From Minisyncoccia bacterium (GTDB lineage: Bacteria > Patescibacteriota > Minisyncoccia > UBA6257 > 2-01-FULL-56-20), in assembly GCA_050008535.1 (NCBI GenBank), contig JBEKML010000001.1, positions 327,050-391,049 of the forward strand: a stretch of 64,000 bases of DNA, given 5' to 3'. The notes beneath the pieces were generated by a model. That model was not told the origin of the DNA and did no database searches. It saw only the letters and a list, made by a program, of their open reading frames with translations. A program made the position numbers and the translations under genes. Positions 1 to 8,576 of this stretch are shown piece by piece (the first letter of the stretch is position 1; every line of letters starts with the position of its first letter).

Positions 1-244
1 CTCGCCGCTTTGTACCTCGGCGCGAGCGTCGAGAAGGCAATCAAGACAGCATGTCACCTTTCCATTTTCTGCGAGGAACCGGTGAATGTGATCGGGATAT
101 AAAAGATGCCGCCGCAATTCCTGCGGCGGTGTTTCTTTGCTCACTATCCTTGCCTTCTTCGCCCCTTCGTCGCCTTGTAGCGTTCCCGGCTTATCAACTC
201 GGGACGCTCTGGACTCCTCCCGCCGTTGCGTCATCAATGTTCGT

Positions 245-1579
245 ATGACAAACCAAACCATGGGGGCAAGAGGGATGGGAGTCCCTGCGACGATTCCCGC
301 CCAAGTAAAGGTCAAATATCTGCTTTACGCGAGAAAATCGACGGAATCGGAGGAACGGCAAGTGCTATCAATAGACAGCCAAGTAAAGGAAATGCTCCAG
401 CTTGCGGAGCGCGAGGGGCTGGAGGTTGCGGAGATCCGCCGCGAGAGCCACTCGGCAAAGGCGACTGGGCAACGCCCAGTTTTCAACGAGATCGTCGAAG
501 ATATCCGGAAAGGATTGTTCAACGGCATCCTCACATGGGCACCCGACAGGATCGCGAGGAACGCGGGCGACCTTGGCGCGATCGTGGATCTGATGGACCA
601 GAAGCTGTTGCTTGAGATCCGTACCTTCGGGCAGCACTTCTCAAACAACCCGAACGAAAAATTCCTTCTGATGATCTTGGGATCGCAGGCGAAATTGGAG
701 AACGACAACCGGGGTGTGAACGTGAAGCGCGGGATGCGAAGCCGATGCGAGATGGGGTTGTGGCCGAACTTCGCGCCGCTCGGGTATATCAACCCAAAGA
801 TGATGGACCAGAAGTGCCAGCTCGCGCAGGATCCGCAACGTGCGCCGGTGATTCGCATGATGTTCGAGAAGGTGGGCAACGAGAAATGGAGCGGGCGAAA
901 GGTCTTCAACTGGCTGAAGCACGATCTCAATTTTCACACGCGCGGCAACAAGAACCTCACGCTCTCAGGCATCTATCGAACGCTCACGCAGCCCTTCTAC
1001 TACGGCATGTTCGAATACCCGCGCGACAGCGGGACATGGTATCAAGGCAAGCACAAGCCCATCATCACCGAAGAGCTGTTCCAAAAAGTGCAGGAGCAGC
1101 TGAAGCGCGACCAGATCGTGCGCGAAACCCACGAGTTCGCCTTCACTAAACTATTTACGTGCGGGCTGTGCGGATCCGGCATCTCGGCCGAGGAAAAATT
1201 CAAGCCACTCAAGGACGGCGGCACGAATCGGTATGTTTATTATGGCTGCAGCCGGGCGCGCGACCGCAACTGCAAGAACAAATACATCCGCGAGGAGGAA
1301 CTCATCGAGCAGCTCATCAAAATCCTCGACAAGGTGAACATCAACGAGCTTGGCATGAAGATGAAGCTCGAGGAGGAGATTGGGCGGTTCAACAAGCTGC
1401 AATCCGTCGTGGGCGGGAAGGCTAGGATCGACAATGAGGTTGTAAAAGAGACCGACATCCGCAAGTACGCCAAATACTTATTGCGCGAAGGCAGTGCGAC
1501 CGAGAAGCGGGAGCTGCTGTCGAATTTAAGGAGTAGGCTGATATATAAGAATAAGGAACTTACGCTTGCGGAGGGATAA
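245..1579 (+). CDS. large serine recombinase (resolvase/invertase N-terminal catalytic domain + recombinase domain + C-terminal Zn-ribbon)
   Basis: Catalytic motif YARKSTESEERQ (Ser nucleophile) near the N-terminus. Resolvase-like block ILTWAPDRIARN. C-terminal Cys pairs CGLCGS...YYGCSRARDRNC typical of large serine recombinases. Start set at the ATG at 245 (MTNQTMG); the ORF is open from 137. Confidence 0.8.
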   Translation: MTNQTMGARGMGVPATIPAQVKVKYLLYARKSTESEERQVLSIDSQVKEMLQLAEREGLEVAEIRRESHSAKATGQRPVFNEIVEDIRKGLFNGILTWAPDRIARNAGDLGAIVDLMDQKLLLEIRTFGQHFSNNPNEKFLLMILGSQAKLENDNRGVNVKRGMRSRCEMGLWPNFAPLGYINPKMMDQKCQLAQDPQRAPVIRMMFEKVGNEKWSGRKVFNWLKHDLNFHTRGNKNLTLSGIYRTLTQPFYYGMFEYPRDSGTWYQGKHKPIITEELFQKVQEQLKRDQIVRETHEFAFTKLFTCGLCGSGISAEEKFKPLKDGGTNRYVYYGCSRARDRNCKNKYIREEELIEQLIKILDKVNINELGMKMKLEEEIGRFNKLQSVVGGKARIDNEVVKETDIRKYAKYLLREGSATEKRELLSNLRSRLIYKNKELTLAEG

Positions 1580-2453
1580 AAATTGAGAGTAATTTATCCT
1601 TTAAATTCTGATCTTTCGTGTAGATCAATATTTTGGGGTCACCCTTCACGGTTTTCTGGAAACCTTCCGGAGGCCAGATTAACGAAAGCTGAAGGGGCGG
1701 ACCTGCGAAAATCAGTGCATCTATATTTCCTATTTTCTTGTCTTTCCTCATAAGCTTGAGATACCAACTTGGATCATTGCGGAATATAGGATTCGGATCG
1801 CGCACGTCGAAATACCAAGCAGCCGCATCAGTCCCGTGAAAACCTTTAAATTCAGCGGAATAGCTAAAAAAGAATAAAACTTTTTTGTGGCCGGGGGCAT
1901 TCGCTTGACCTTCAAATTCACCGATATATTCCAGCGGGCGCGACATCTGCGCGATATCACTATCCAAAAAGCCGCCATGACCGATTTCTGTTCGGGTTTG
2001 GGTATAAGTTCCCATTTCATTTTTCTCGACTTCGATGTGGGTATCAGAAAACTTTTTGTGCTGAAAAGTATTCTTACCACCTCCAGCGGATCTCATGGCT
2101 TCAATGCCTTCATGCTCGACTTTTTCGTAACGTTTAGTGGTGAGGCTTTTCACCGATATAAAGATATCATCGAATGAAAAATCAACACCCTGCATGCCCG
2201 CAGGCTCGTACGCCAAATCGGTTTTACCCCTCGTCAGTAATAGATTGGCAAGATTCAATTCCGTCTGAAAGGTAAGAAAATTCTTGATGGATTCATCCGT
2301 CGCCTTGTGAGACAATCTGCCCTTACCGGGAAAGTTGGACTGTTTGATTTTCTCCAATGTAGCGAGGTATCCCTCGTAAGCATCGGGGGCATTGATGTGG
2401 AACCATTCGAGGCATTCGGTCTTGTTTTTGAAATAAAGTTCCGGGTTCGACAT
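1560..2453 (-). CDS. hypothetical protein (297 aa), AT-rich cargo gene of unknown function
   Basis: Long ORF with lower GC than the flanks. Start/stop is shared with the upstream 220-aa ORF at 2453. No motif recognised. Confidence 0.5.
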   Translation of the reverse strand: MSNPELYFKNKTECLEWFHINAPDAYEGYLATLEKIKQSNFPGKGRLSHKATDESIKNFLTFQTELNLANLLLTRGKTDLAYEPAGMQGVDFSFDDIFISVKSLTTKRYEKVEHEGIEAMRSAGGGKNTFQHKKFSDTHIEVEKNEMGTYTQTRTEIGHGGFLDSDIAQMSRPLEYIGEFEGQANAPGHKKVLFFFSYSAEFKGFHGTDAAAWYFDVRDPNPIFRNDPSWYLKLMRKDKKIGNIDALIFAGPPLQLSLIWPPEGFQKTVKGDPKILIYTKDQNLKDKLLSIFIPPQA

Positions 2454-3115
2454 TAGATCATTTTGTCGCGCAATTTATCTTGGAAAACTATCGCCGGACC
2501 ATCGCCGATCTTGATGCTTTCTCTTAGATTTACCTCGAGTTGCATCGGGGAAATTTCCTTATAAAACATAGTTACCATGCCTACATTAAAATCGATATCA
2601 TCTGAATCGGCGGCGGTCACGATATATATCGGCAAAGAATCTTCCTTGATGGCCATATCGTAGAGCGGTTTGAAGTCGGTAATGTCGCGATGACTTCCTA
2701 AAATGATGCTGTAAGATTTCAGTCTCGGTCGTATTTTCTTTTCTATAAAGTCGCTGAAAGATTTTTCGTGCGATGTAAATTCTTTTACGTCGCAGACCAT
2801 CTTGTTGAATAAGGGGCGCGGACCAGATAATTCTTTTACGGAGAGTATATTGACATCATTTTCCGGCCCGGTTGGAAATTCGAGAAAGTGCTCCTTGTTT
2901 TCCCAATGATTCAGCGCCGCTGCTGCAAATAATGCAAAATAGCCTTCGCGTAATCTTTTGTATTTCACATTATCGAGGAAGGTGCTTTTATTCGGAGCAT
3001 TCCTATATATTTCTTCAAAGACCTTATAAACACTCGGTAGGGGCAGCATTCTATCCAACGAGAAAATATCCGTTTGGGTTTCTGCGATTCTTTTTAGAAA
3101 TTCGCCCTGGTCCAT
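2453..3115 (-). CDS. hypothetical protein (220 aa), AT-rich cargo gene of unknown function
   Basis: Long AT-rich ORF translationally coupled to the 297-aa ORF. Lies between tRNA-Ser and the serine recombinase. No motif recognised. Confidence 0.5.
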   Translation of the reverse strand: MDQGEFLKRIAETQTDIFSLDRMLPLPSVYKVFEEIYRNAPNKSTFLDNVKYKRLREGYFALFAAAALNHWENKEHFLEFPTGPENDVNILSVKELSGPRPLFNKMVCDVKEFTSHEKSFSDFIEKKIRPRLKSYSIILGSHRDITDFKPLYDMAIKEDSLPIYIVTAADSDDIDFNVGMVTMFYKEISPMQLEVNLRESIKIGDGPAIVFQDKLRDKMI

Positions 3116-3177
3116 AGCGAAAGAATTATAGCAAAAATCGCGGCCACTCGGGTCGCTCCGATAAGAAATTGTACCTG

Positions 3178-3264
3178 CGGAGGCGGAAGGATTCGAACCT
3201 TCGAAGGGATTCCTCCCTTAACATCTTAGCAGGATGCTGCCTTAAGCCGCTCGGCCACGCCTCC
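3178..3264 (-). tRNA. tRNA-Ser (anticodon GCU), long variable arm
   Basis: Reverse complement reads GGAGGCG TG GCCGAGCGGCTTAAGGC A GCATC CTGCTAA GATGT, then the variable hairpin AGGGA..TCCCT, then GAAGG TTCGAAT CCTTC CGCCTCC G. Cloverleaf checked by hand. Confidence 0.8.
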
Positions 3265-3331
3265 AAACTACTTCGTCATGGTACACAATAAACTTGTTTT
3301 TATCAAGATTTTCTGATACATTTCATTGGTT

Positions 3332-4816
3332 ATGGCAAGCGAAATTCCTGGGAAAAATATAAAACCGCGTCCGCCGATCGTGGTTGTCGTGGGGCACGTT
3401 GACCACGGGAAGACGACGCTTCTGGACTACATCCGGAAGACGACGGTTGCCGCGCGCGAAGCGGGCGGCATTACGCAGGCCGTGGGCGCGTATGAAATTG
3501 TGCATGCGCCGGCCGCCGGAGGCCCGGCGCGGAAGATCACTTTCATTGACACGCCCGGGCACGAGGCGTTCACGGCGATGCGTTCGCGCGGCGCGCAGGC
3601 GGCGGACCTCGCCGTTCTTGTGGTTGCTGCTGACGAGGGCGTGAAGCCGCAGACAAAAGAAGCGATAAAAATTTTGGAAGAGACAAAAACGCCGTTTGTT
3701 GTCGCGCTCAATAAAATTGACAAGGTGCAGGGCGGCAATCTTGAAAAAGCGAAGACGGATCTCGCGAACGCGGGCGTGTTGCTGGAGGGCTACGGAGGGC
3801 AGGTGAGCTATCACGGCGTTTCTGCAAAGACAGGCGAAGGCGTGAGCGATCTTCTGGATCTTATTCTTCTTTCCACCGACGTTGAAAATTTGACCTACGA
3901 TGCGGCCGCCGCCGCGAGTGGATTTGTGCTTGAAGCGCGGCGCGATCCGCGGCGCGGCATTGAAGCGAGCGTAATCGTAAGGGAAGGAACGCTCCATCGC
4001 GGCGATGCAGTAAAGACGCACACCGCAAGCGGCAAAGTGAAGATACTCGAGGATTTTACGGGGAAAGCCGTTGATGTTTTGGAGCCGTCCGCGCCGGCGG
4101 TGATCATCGGTTTTGAGAAGCTGCCGAACGTGGGCGAAGTGTTCGCGGTGGGGGAATTGAAAGAGGCCCAATCGCCGCAGGCGCAGGAGGCGATCGCAAC
4201 GCAGATCGCAAAATCAAAGCCGAATACCTTGAATTTGATCCTTAAGGCCTCCGACGCGGGTTCGCTTGAAGCGCTTTTGGTCGTTTTGAAGAGCGTTGAT
4301 AAACAGGGTGGCAAGGAGATCAACGTGGTTGAGGAATCGGTCGGTGATGTGACCGACGGCGACGTGCGCCGCGCGCAGGCGACAAATGCCACGATCATCG
4401 GGTTCAAAAACAAGGTGGAAAAAGGCGCAAGGAACCTTGCGGATGCACAGACGGTCATGATCATCACTTCAGATGTCGTTTATGATCTTGCGAAGGCCGT
4501 GGAAGATTTTCTTACGGGGAAATTAGGTCCGGCAACGGCGGGCGAACTTGAAGTGCTTGCGGTCTTCAATCAGGAAAAATTGGACAAACAGCTGATTGGC
4601 GGCCGTGTGGAGAAAGGAACATTCCGTGCGAAAGCGTCGTTTGAGATTTTGCGCGGGAGCGGCACGCCGAAAACCTCGCTCGGCACCGGCCGTGCCTTGA
4701 GCTTGCGCGAGAAAAAATCAGAGATCGCGACGGCTGAAAAAGGAAAAGAGATCGGCATCCTCGCGAGCTCGCAGATTGCGATCCAGGTGGGCGATACGCT
4801 CGTCATCCATAAATAA
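3332..4816 (+). CDS. infB: translation initiation factor IF-2 (short form, G domain + C-terminal domains)
   Basis: G1 motif [16 protein letters not shown] and [12 protein letters not shown] shows G4. The ATG at 3332 follows a TTG at 3326. At about 495 aa it lacks the long N-terminal region of typical IF-2. Confidence 0.85.
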   Translation: MASEIPGKNIKPRPPIVVVVGHVDHGKTTLLDYIRKTTVAAREAGGITQAVGAYEIVHAPAAGGPARKITFIDTPGHEAFTAMRSRGAQAADLAVLVVAADEGVKPQTKEAIKILEETKTPFVVALNKIDKVQGGNLEKAKTDLANAGVLLEGYGGQVSYHGVSAKTGEGVSDLLDLILLSTDVENLTYDAAAAASGFVLEARRDPRRGIEASVIVREGTLHRGDAVKTHTASGKVKILEDFTGKAVDVLEPSAPAVIIGFEKLPNVGEVFAVGELKEAQSPQAQEAIATQIAKSKPNTLNLILKASDAGSLEALLVVLKSVDKQGGKEINVVEESVGDVTDGDVRRAQATNATIIGFKNKVEKGARNLADAQTVMIITSDVVYDLAKAVEDFLTGKLGPATAGELEVLAVFNQEKLDKQLIGGRVEKGTFRAKASFEILRGSGTPKTSLGTGRALSLREKKSEIATAEKGKEIGILASSQIAIQVGDTLVIHK

Positions 4817-4835
4817 TTTTGCGAAATAATTTCCC

Positions 4836-5165
4836 ATGCGTTTTTTCCGTTCCGAGCGGGTACAGGCGTTGATCCAGGAGGAGCTTGCGAAAATTATGGT
4901 GCGGGAAGTGGAATTTCCAGACGCACTTCTTACGATTACGAGCGTTGAAGTTGATAAGAAGCTGGACCACGCACGGGTCAATGTGAGCGTTATCCCGTCT
5001 TCCTCGGGGCCTGCGGCGCTCGCCGGACTCACGAAGCGTACGGGCCACCTTCAGCATCTTTTAATGAAAAAGATGAATATCAAACCCATGCCGCGTATCG
5101 CGTTTGCGCTTGATCGCGGCCCCGAAAATGCCGCGGCGGTTGAAAAAGCGCTGTTAAAAAAGTAA
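4836..5165 (+). CDS. rbfA: ribosome-binding factor A
   Basis: Lies immediately downstream of infB (conserved synteny). Size and sequence are RbfA-like (ALIQEELAKIMVREVEFP...VSVIP). Confidence 0.8.
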   Translation: MRFFRSERVQALIQEELAKIMVREVEFPDALLTITSVEVDKKLDHARVNVSVIPSSSGPAALAGLTKRTGHLQHLLMKKMNIKPMPRIAFALDRGPENAAAVEKALLKK

Positions 5166-5176
5166 GATAGGGGCAT

Positions 5177-5251
5177 GGCCACGTAGCCAAGTAGCAAGGC
5201 GAGGGTCTGCAAAACCCTTATACGCGGGTGCGATTCCCGCCGTGGCCTCCA
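5177..5251 (+). tRNA. tRNA-Cys (anticodon GCA) with encoded CCA
   Basis: Acceptor GGCCACG/CGTGGCC. Anticodon stem AGGGT/ACCCT with loop CUGCAAA. The T-loop is atypical (TGCGATT). Ends with CCA. Confidence 0.7.
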
Positions 5252-5253
5252 GG

Positions 5254-5781
5254 ATGAACAAAAGCATGCTCCAAGTAATAATTATCATCATCTTTGTGTT
5301 TCTCGTGGGAGGCGTGATTGGCTATTTTGCCTGGGGGAAAAAACAAACCTCTGTTCCTGGGCAAACGTCAAGCCGGAAAATAACGTATGTGACCCTAAGT
5401 ATAGCGGCGCCGTTTTCCAATGCTGTGCTTACCATTAAAGAAGATGGTTCCATCGCCTATTGGGCCCAGGAGCCCAACCAGGCGAGAATCAAGGATTCCG
5501 GGACTCTGACCCTGCCCCAAATAAAAGAGCTTAACGACTTGATTGAACAAAATAATTTCTTTGAAATGAAAAGTAACAACGATAATCCCACTGGCATGAC
5601 GGACGGTTCCACGTACGCTATTGCCGTTAGTTATGTTTTATCCGGTCAACTAGATGGCAGTGCTGTCCCCATAACATACTTGGTAAGTTGTTATGAACCG
5701 GACTGCGAGTTCGGCTTTTCGCAGATCAGAGACAAAATTCTTAGCCTTTGGGGTAAAGACGTTTTGAATGTCGGTGTTTGA
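5254..5781 (+). CDS. hypothetical membrane-anchored/secreted protein (175 aa)
   Basis: ATG at 5254. N-terminal hydrophobic segment VIIIIIFVFLVGGVIGYFAW. AT-richer than the genome. Lies between two tRNA genes. Confidence 0.45.
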   Translation: MNKSMLQVIIIIIFVFLVGGVIGYFAWGKKQTSVPGQTSSRKITYVTLSIAAPFSNAVLTIKEDGSIAYWAQEPNQARIKDSGTLTLPQIKELNDLIEQNNFFEMKSNNDNPTGMTDGSTYAIAVSYVLSGQLDGSAVPITYLVSCYEPDCEFGFSQIRDKILSLWGKDVLNVGV

Positions 5782-5841
5782 TTTGGGGGTTGGTTTTCTC
5801 TTGCACGAGCGCTAAAATGAGCGTAGGTTTGTTTGAAATAT

Positions 5842-5924
5842 GCCTGGGTGGCGGAATGGTATACGCAGAGGACTTAAAATCCTTAGCCCGAAAGGGCTTG
5901 TGGGTTCGACTCCCACCCCGGGCA
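5842..5924 (+). tRNA. tRNA-Leu (anticodon UAA), long variable arm
   Basis: GCCTGGG acceptor, anticodon loop CUUAAAA, variable hairpin AGCCCGAAAGGGCT, T-arm GTGGG TTCGACT CCCAC. Confidence 0.8.
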
Positions 5925-5934
5925 CAAGAAAAAA

Positions 5935-6255
5935 ATGAAGAAAAAAATGGTTGGAGATTTCGGCTTAATCATCAACGCGATTGGCGCTTTGCTGTTGGCG
6001 ATATCCTTCGCTGAATATTCTGGGGAAAGTGTCCGAGGGACAACTGGCGCCGAATATCATCCTGCATTTATGAATCACTACGGAGCTATGCTTGGCTTAT
6101 CTCTGCTAATTTTAGGTTTTTCCTTACAATTTCTAGAAAGGCAAAACAAGAACAAAACCCAAGTTCCCCTGAAAGACCTGTTAATAGTTGTTCTAGTAGC
6201 AGAAGTGATTTTCTTTTTATCGCTTACGTTTTCGGGGACTATACTATTTCGTTAA
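5935..6255 (+). CDS. hypothetical small membrane protein (106 aa, 2-3 TM helices)
   Basis: Hydrophobic stretches LIINAIGALLLAISFA and LGLSLLILGFSLQF. AT-rich. Confidence 0.4.
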   Translation: MKKKMVGDFGLIINAIGALLLAISFAEYSGESVRGTTGAEYHPAFMNHYGAMLGLSLLILGFSLQFLERQNKNKTQVPLKDLLIVVLVAEVIFFLSLTFSGTILFR

Positions 6256-6289
6256 AGGCTAGAATCATTCGAAGATCATCCAGTCCTGC

Positions 6290-6441
6290 GCACAAAAGCA
6301 AGCACACCCCTCGTAAGGGCGTCTCGGAGCCACGGCGGCTTGAGGCAACCTTTAGGTTGCCTGCCGTGGCGAGAGAGAGGCGCATTTCCCCGCTGGAGGA
6401 AATGACGCCGTCCCTTACGAGGGGTGTGCTTGCTTTTGTGC
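6290..6441. repeat. 152-nt structured element bounded by about 30-bp terminal inverted repeats (MITE-like or structured RNA) abutting tRNA-Leu(CAA)
   Basis: Left arm GCACAAAAGCAAGCACACCCCTCGTAAGGGCG (6290-6321). Right arm is its reverse complement with one inserted base (6409-6441). Two internal hairpins (GCCACGG..CCGTGGC enclosing GGCAACC TTTA GGTTGCC, and CATTTCC..GGAAATG). The right arm overlaps the tRNA 3' end by 3 nt. Confidence 0.5.
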
Positions 6442-6521
6442 CCGAGGAGGGAGTCGAACCCTCACGACCTTGCGATCATTGGATTTTGAGTCCAACGCGT
6501 CTGCCATTCCGCCACCCGGGC
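6439..6521 (-). tRNA. tRNA-Leu (anticodon CAA), long variable arm
   Basis: Reverse complement reads GCCCGGG TG GCGGAATGGCAGACGC G TTGGA CUCAAAA TCCAA, variable arm TGATCGCAAGGTCGTG, GAGGG TTCGACT CCCTC, CTCGGGC A. Confidence 0.8.
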
Positions 6522-6587
6522 GCGAGAAGCGCAACCGCGCGCTCGCACGATTGATAATAGTTATTTTACGCGTTAAAATCAAGCTAT

Positions 6588-7406
6588 ATGGCGCGCGTGA
6601 TCGCGATTTGTAATCAAAAAGGAGGCGTTGGGAAGACAACCACGGCGGTGAATTTGGGGGCGTACCTCGCGGCGGCGGGCCGGCGCGTTTTGCTCGTTGA
6701 TTTCGATCCGCAGGCGAACGCGAGTTCGGCGCTCGGCCACAACATAAAAGAAGGGGCGAGCGTGTATCATGGCATTTTGGGGACGGTGTCGCACGAAGAA
6801 GTTGTAAAACCGACCGTTCTTTTTAACTATCACCTTGTTCCATCTGCGCCGCACCTCGCTGGAGCGCTCGTGGAGCTCGTAGGTGTTCCTGAACGCGAAT
6901 ATTTTCTGCGGAAATTCGTGAACCGCCTACGCCACAATTACGATTACATTCTGATCGACCTTCCGCCCAGCTTGAGCCTACTTACGGTAAATGGCCTCGT
7001 TGCCGCCGATGAGGTTTTGATCCCGGTGCAGACGGAGTATTACAGCTTAGAGGGGATCGGCCAGCTTTTGGAGACTATAGCGTTGATCAACAGCAATCTT
7101 CGCCATCCGCTCCGCATCGCGGGTGCGCTCATCACGATGTACGACAAGCGCGAACATCTAAGCCGCGAAGTTTCAAAAAATATCAGGCGGCATTTTCCGC
7201 ACCATGTGTTTGAAGTGGAAATTCCCCGCGCGGTCGCGCTTGCCGAGGCACCGAGTTTTTCCAAACCGATCATTTTGTATCGTCCGGACTCGCTGGGAGC
7301 GTTGGCGTATGAGCGGCTCGCGAAGGAAATTATGGCGCAAGAAGGGGATTATAATTTGCCGCGCGAGGTCGTAGCAAGCGAAAACTTTGGGAATTTTAAT
7401 ATTTGA
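6588..7406 (+). CDS. parA: chromosome partitioning ATPase ParA/Soj
   Basis: Deviant Walker A KGGVGKTTTAVNLGA. ParA-family size. Directly followed by parB. Confidence 0.85.
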   Translation: MARVIAICNQKGGVGKTTTAVNLGAYLAAAGRRVLLVDFDPQANASSALGHNIKEGASVYHGILGTVSHEEVVKPTVLFNYHLVPSAPHLAGALVELVGVPEREYFLRKFVNRLRHNYDYILIDLPPSLSLLTVNGLVAADEVLIPVQTEYYSLEGIGQLLETIALINSNLRHPLRIAGALITMYDKREHLSREVSKNIRRHFPHHVFEVEIPRAVALAEAPSFSKPIILYRPDSLGALAYERLAKEIMAQEGDYNLPREVVASENFGNFNI

Positions 7407-7408
7407 CC

Positions 7409-8569
7409 ATGCTTGGAAAAGGACTTGAATCGCTTATACCACAGAAGGGGAATGGGGCCGGCGCTGCCGGATCGGACGGCGTTTCGTCGCAGCCGCCGGC
7501 GTCCGAACCCGAGGTGCAGCGCGAGGAACAGCGTAGTGAACCACATGAAGAGTCTTATGGGGGAGGTACATTGCAGCAGCCGCCGCCGCCGCAAATTGTT
7601 TCCGTGCCGCCCATGATGCCACCTGTTGTATTGTCGCCCGTGACAACGCCCGCCGCGACTGCCGCGAAAGTGTTTGAAGATCGGCGCCAGGACAAAACCG
7701 GCAAACCAGAGGAGATACAGTCTGTTTTCCATATTGAGATAGACAAGATCAAGCCGAACCCGACCCAGCCGCGGCGGAATTTTGACGAAGGGGGGCTCCG
7801 CGACCTTGCGCATTCCATCCGCGAGTTTGGATTTTTGCAGCCGCTTGTGGTTTCGCGGGTTGAAAAGGAAACAATAGATGGCGTGGGCGTCGAATATCAA
7901 TTGATCGCCGGCGAGCGGCGGCTCATGGCTGCGAAGATGCTGGGGCTTGCGACGGTGCCGGCCATTGTGCGGAATGTGGACCTTGAGCGCGAGAAATTGG
8001 AGCTCGCGGTGATCGAGAATATCCAGCGTGAGAATTTGAATCCAATAGAGGCTGCGCGCGCATTCCAGCGATTACAGGAAGAATTCCGTATGACCCAGCG
8101 CGAGATCGCGGCGAAGCTCGGCAAATCCCGCGAGGTCGTGGCGAACGCCGTCCGGCTGCTTGATCTGCCGGAAGAGATCCGGGTGGCGGTAGAGAAGGGC
8201 GATCTTTCGGAAAGCAGCGCGCGCATGCTCTTGGCAATCGGCGATCCGGGCGCGCAGAAACGCCTCTTTGAGGATATCGTGCAAAATCGGCTTACGACGC
8301 GGGATGTGAAGGAGCGTGTGCAGCAGTTCAGCGCGAGCACGGGCACGGGCGTGGCCGGAGCTCACGGGCACCGCCGCGGGCGCCCGCCGAAGAGCGCGGA
8401 AGCGCCGCTGCCTACGGAACTCCGCGCGATGCAGGAATCGCTTTCAAGCGACCTCGGTGCGCCCGTGGAGATTCATAAGGGCGCGAATACCGGGCGCATC
8501 ACGATCACCTTCTATTCCGAAGAGGAACTGGAAAATATCTTGCGGAAACTGGGAAAGGAGCGATTCTAG
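7409..8569 (+). CDS. parB: chromosome partitioning protein ParB/Spo0J with Pro-rich N-terminal extension
   Basis: ParB box GFLQPLVV...IAGERRLMAAKMLGL and an HTH region. The first roughly 100 aa are low-complexity Pro/Gln-rich. The ATG at 7409 follows a TTG at 7403. Confidence 0.85.
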   Translation: MLGKGLESLIPQKGNGAGAAGSDGVSSQPPASEPEVQREEQRSEPHEESYGGGTLQQPPPPQIVSVPPMMPPVVLSPVTTPAATAAKVFEDRRQDKTGKPEEIQSVFHIEIDKIKPNPTQPRRNFDEGGLRDLAHSIREFGFLQPLVVSRVEKETIDGVGVEYQLIAGERRLMAAKMLGLATVPAIVRNVDLEREKLELAVIENIQRENLNPIEAARAFQRLQEEFRMTQREIAAKLGKSREVVANAVRLLDLPEEIRVAVEKGDLSESSARMLLAIGDPGAQKRLFEDIVQNRLTTRDVKERVQQFSASTGTGVAGAHGHRRGRPPKSAEAPLPTELRAMQESLSSDLGAPVEIHKGANTGRITITFYSEEELENILRKLGKERF

Positions 8570-8576
8570 GCGGTTC

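Larger units (their letters stand above)
1..3264. mobile_element. putative integrated element (partial, left end off-window): serine recombinase + two-gene AT-rich cargo abutting tRNA-Ser
   Basis: A recombinase converges on a low-GC two-gene operon that ends 63 nt from the 3' end of tRNA-Ser. Element boundaries were not determined. Confidence 0.3.

Noticed and set aside
6357-6639. 65-aa and 74-aa ORFs overlapping tRNA-Leu(CAA) and the inverted-repeat element
   Set aside because: They cover a hand-folded tRNA cloverleaf and a palindromic element. Translating an RNA gene is implausible.
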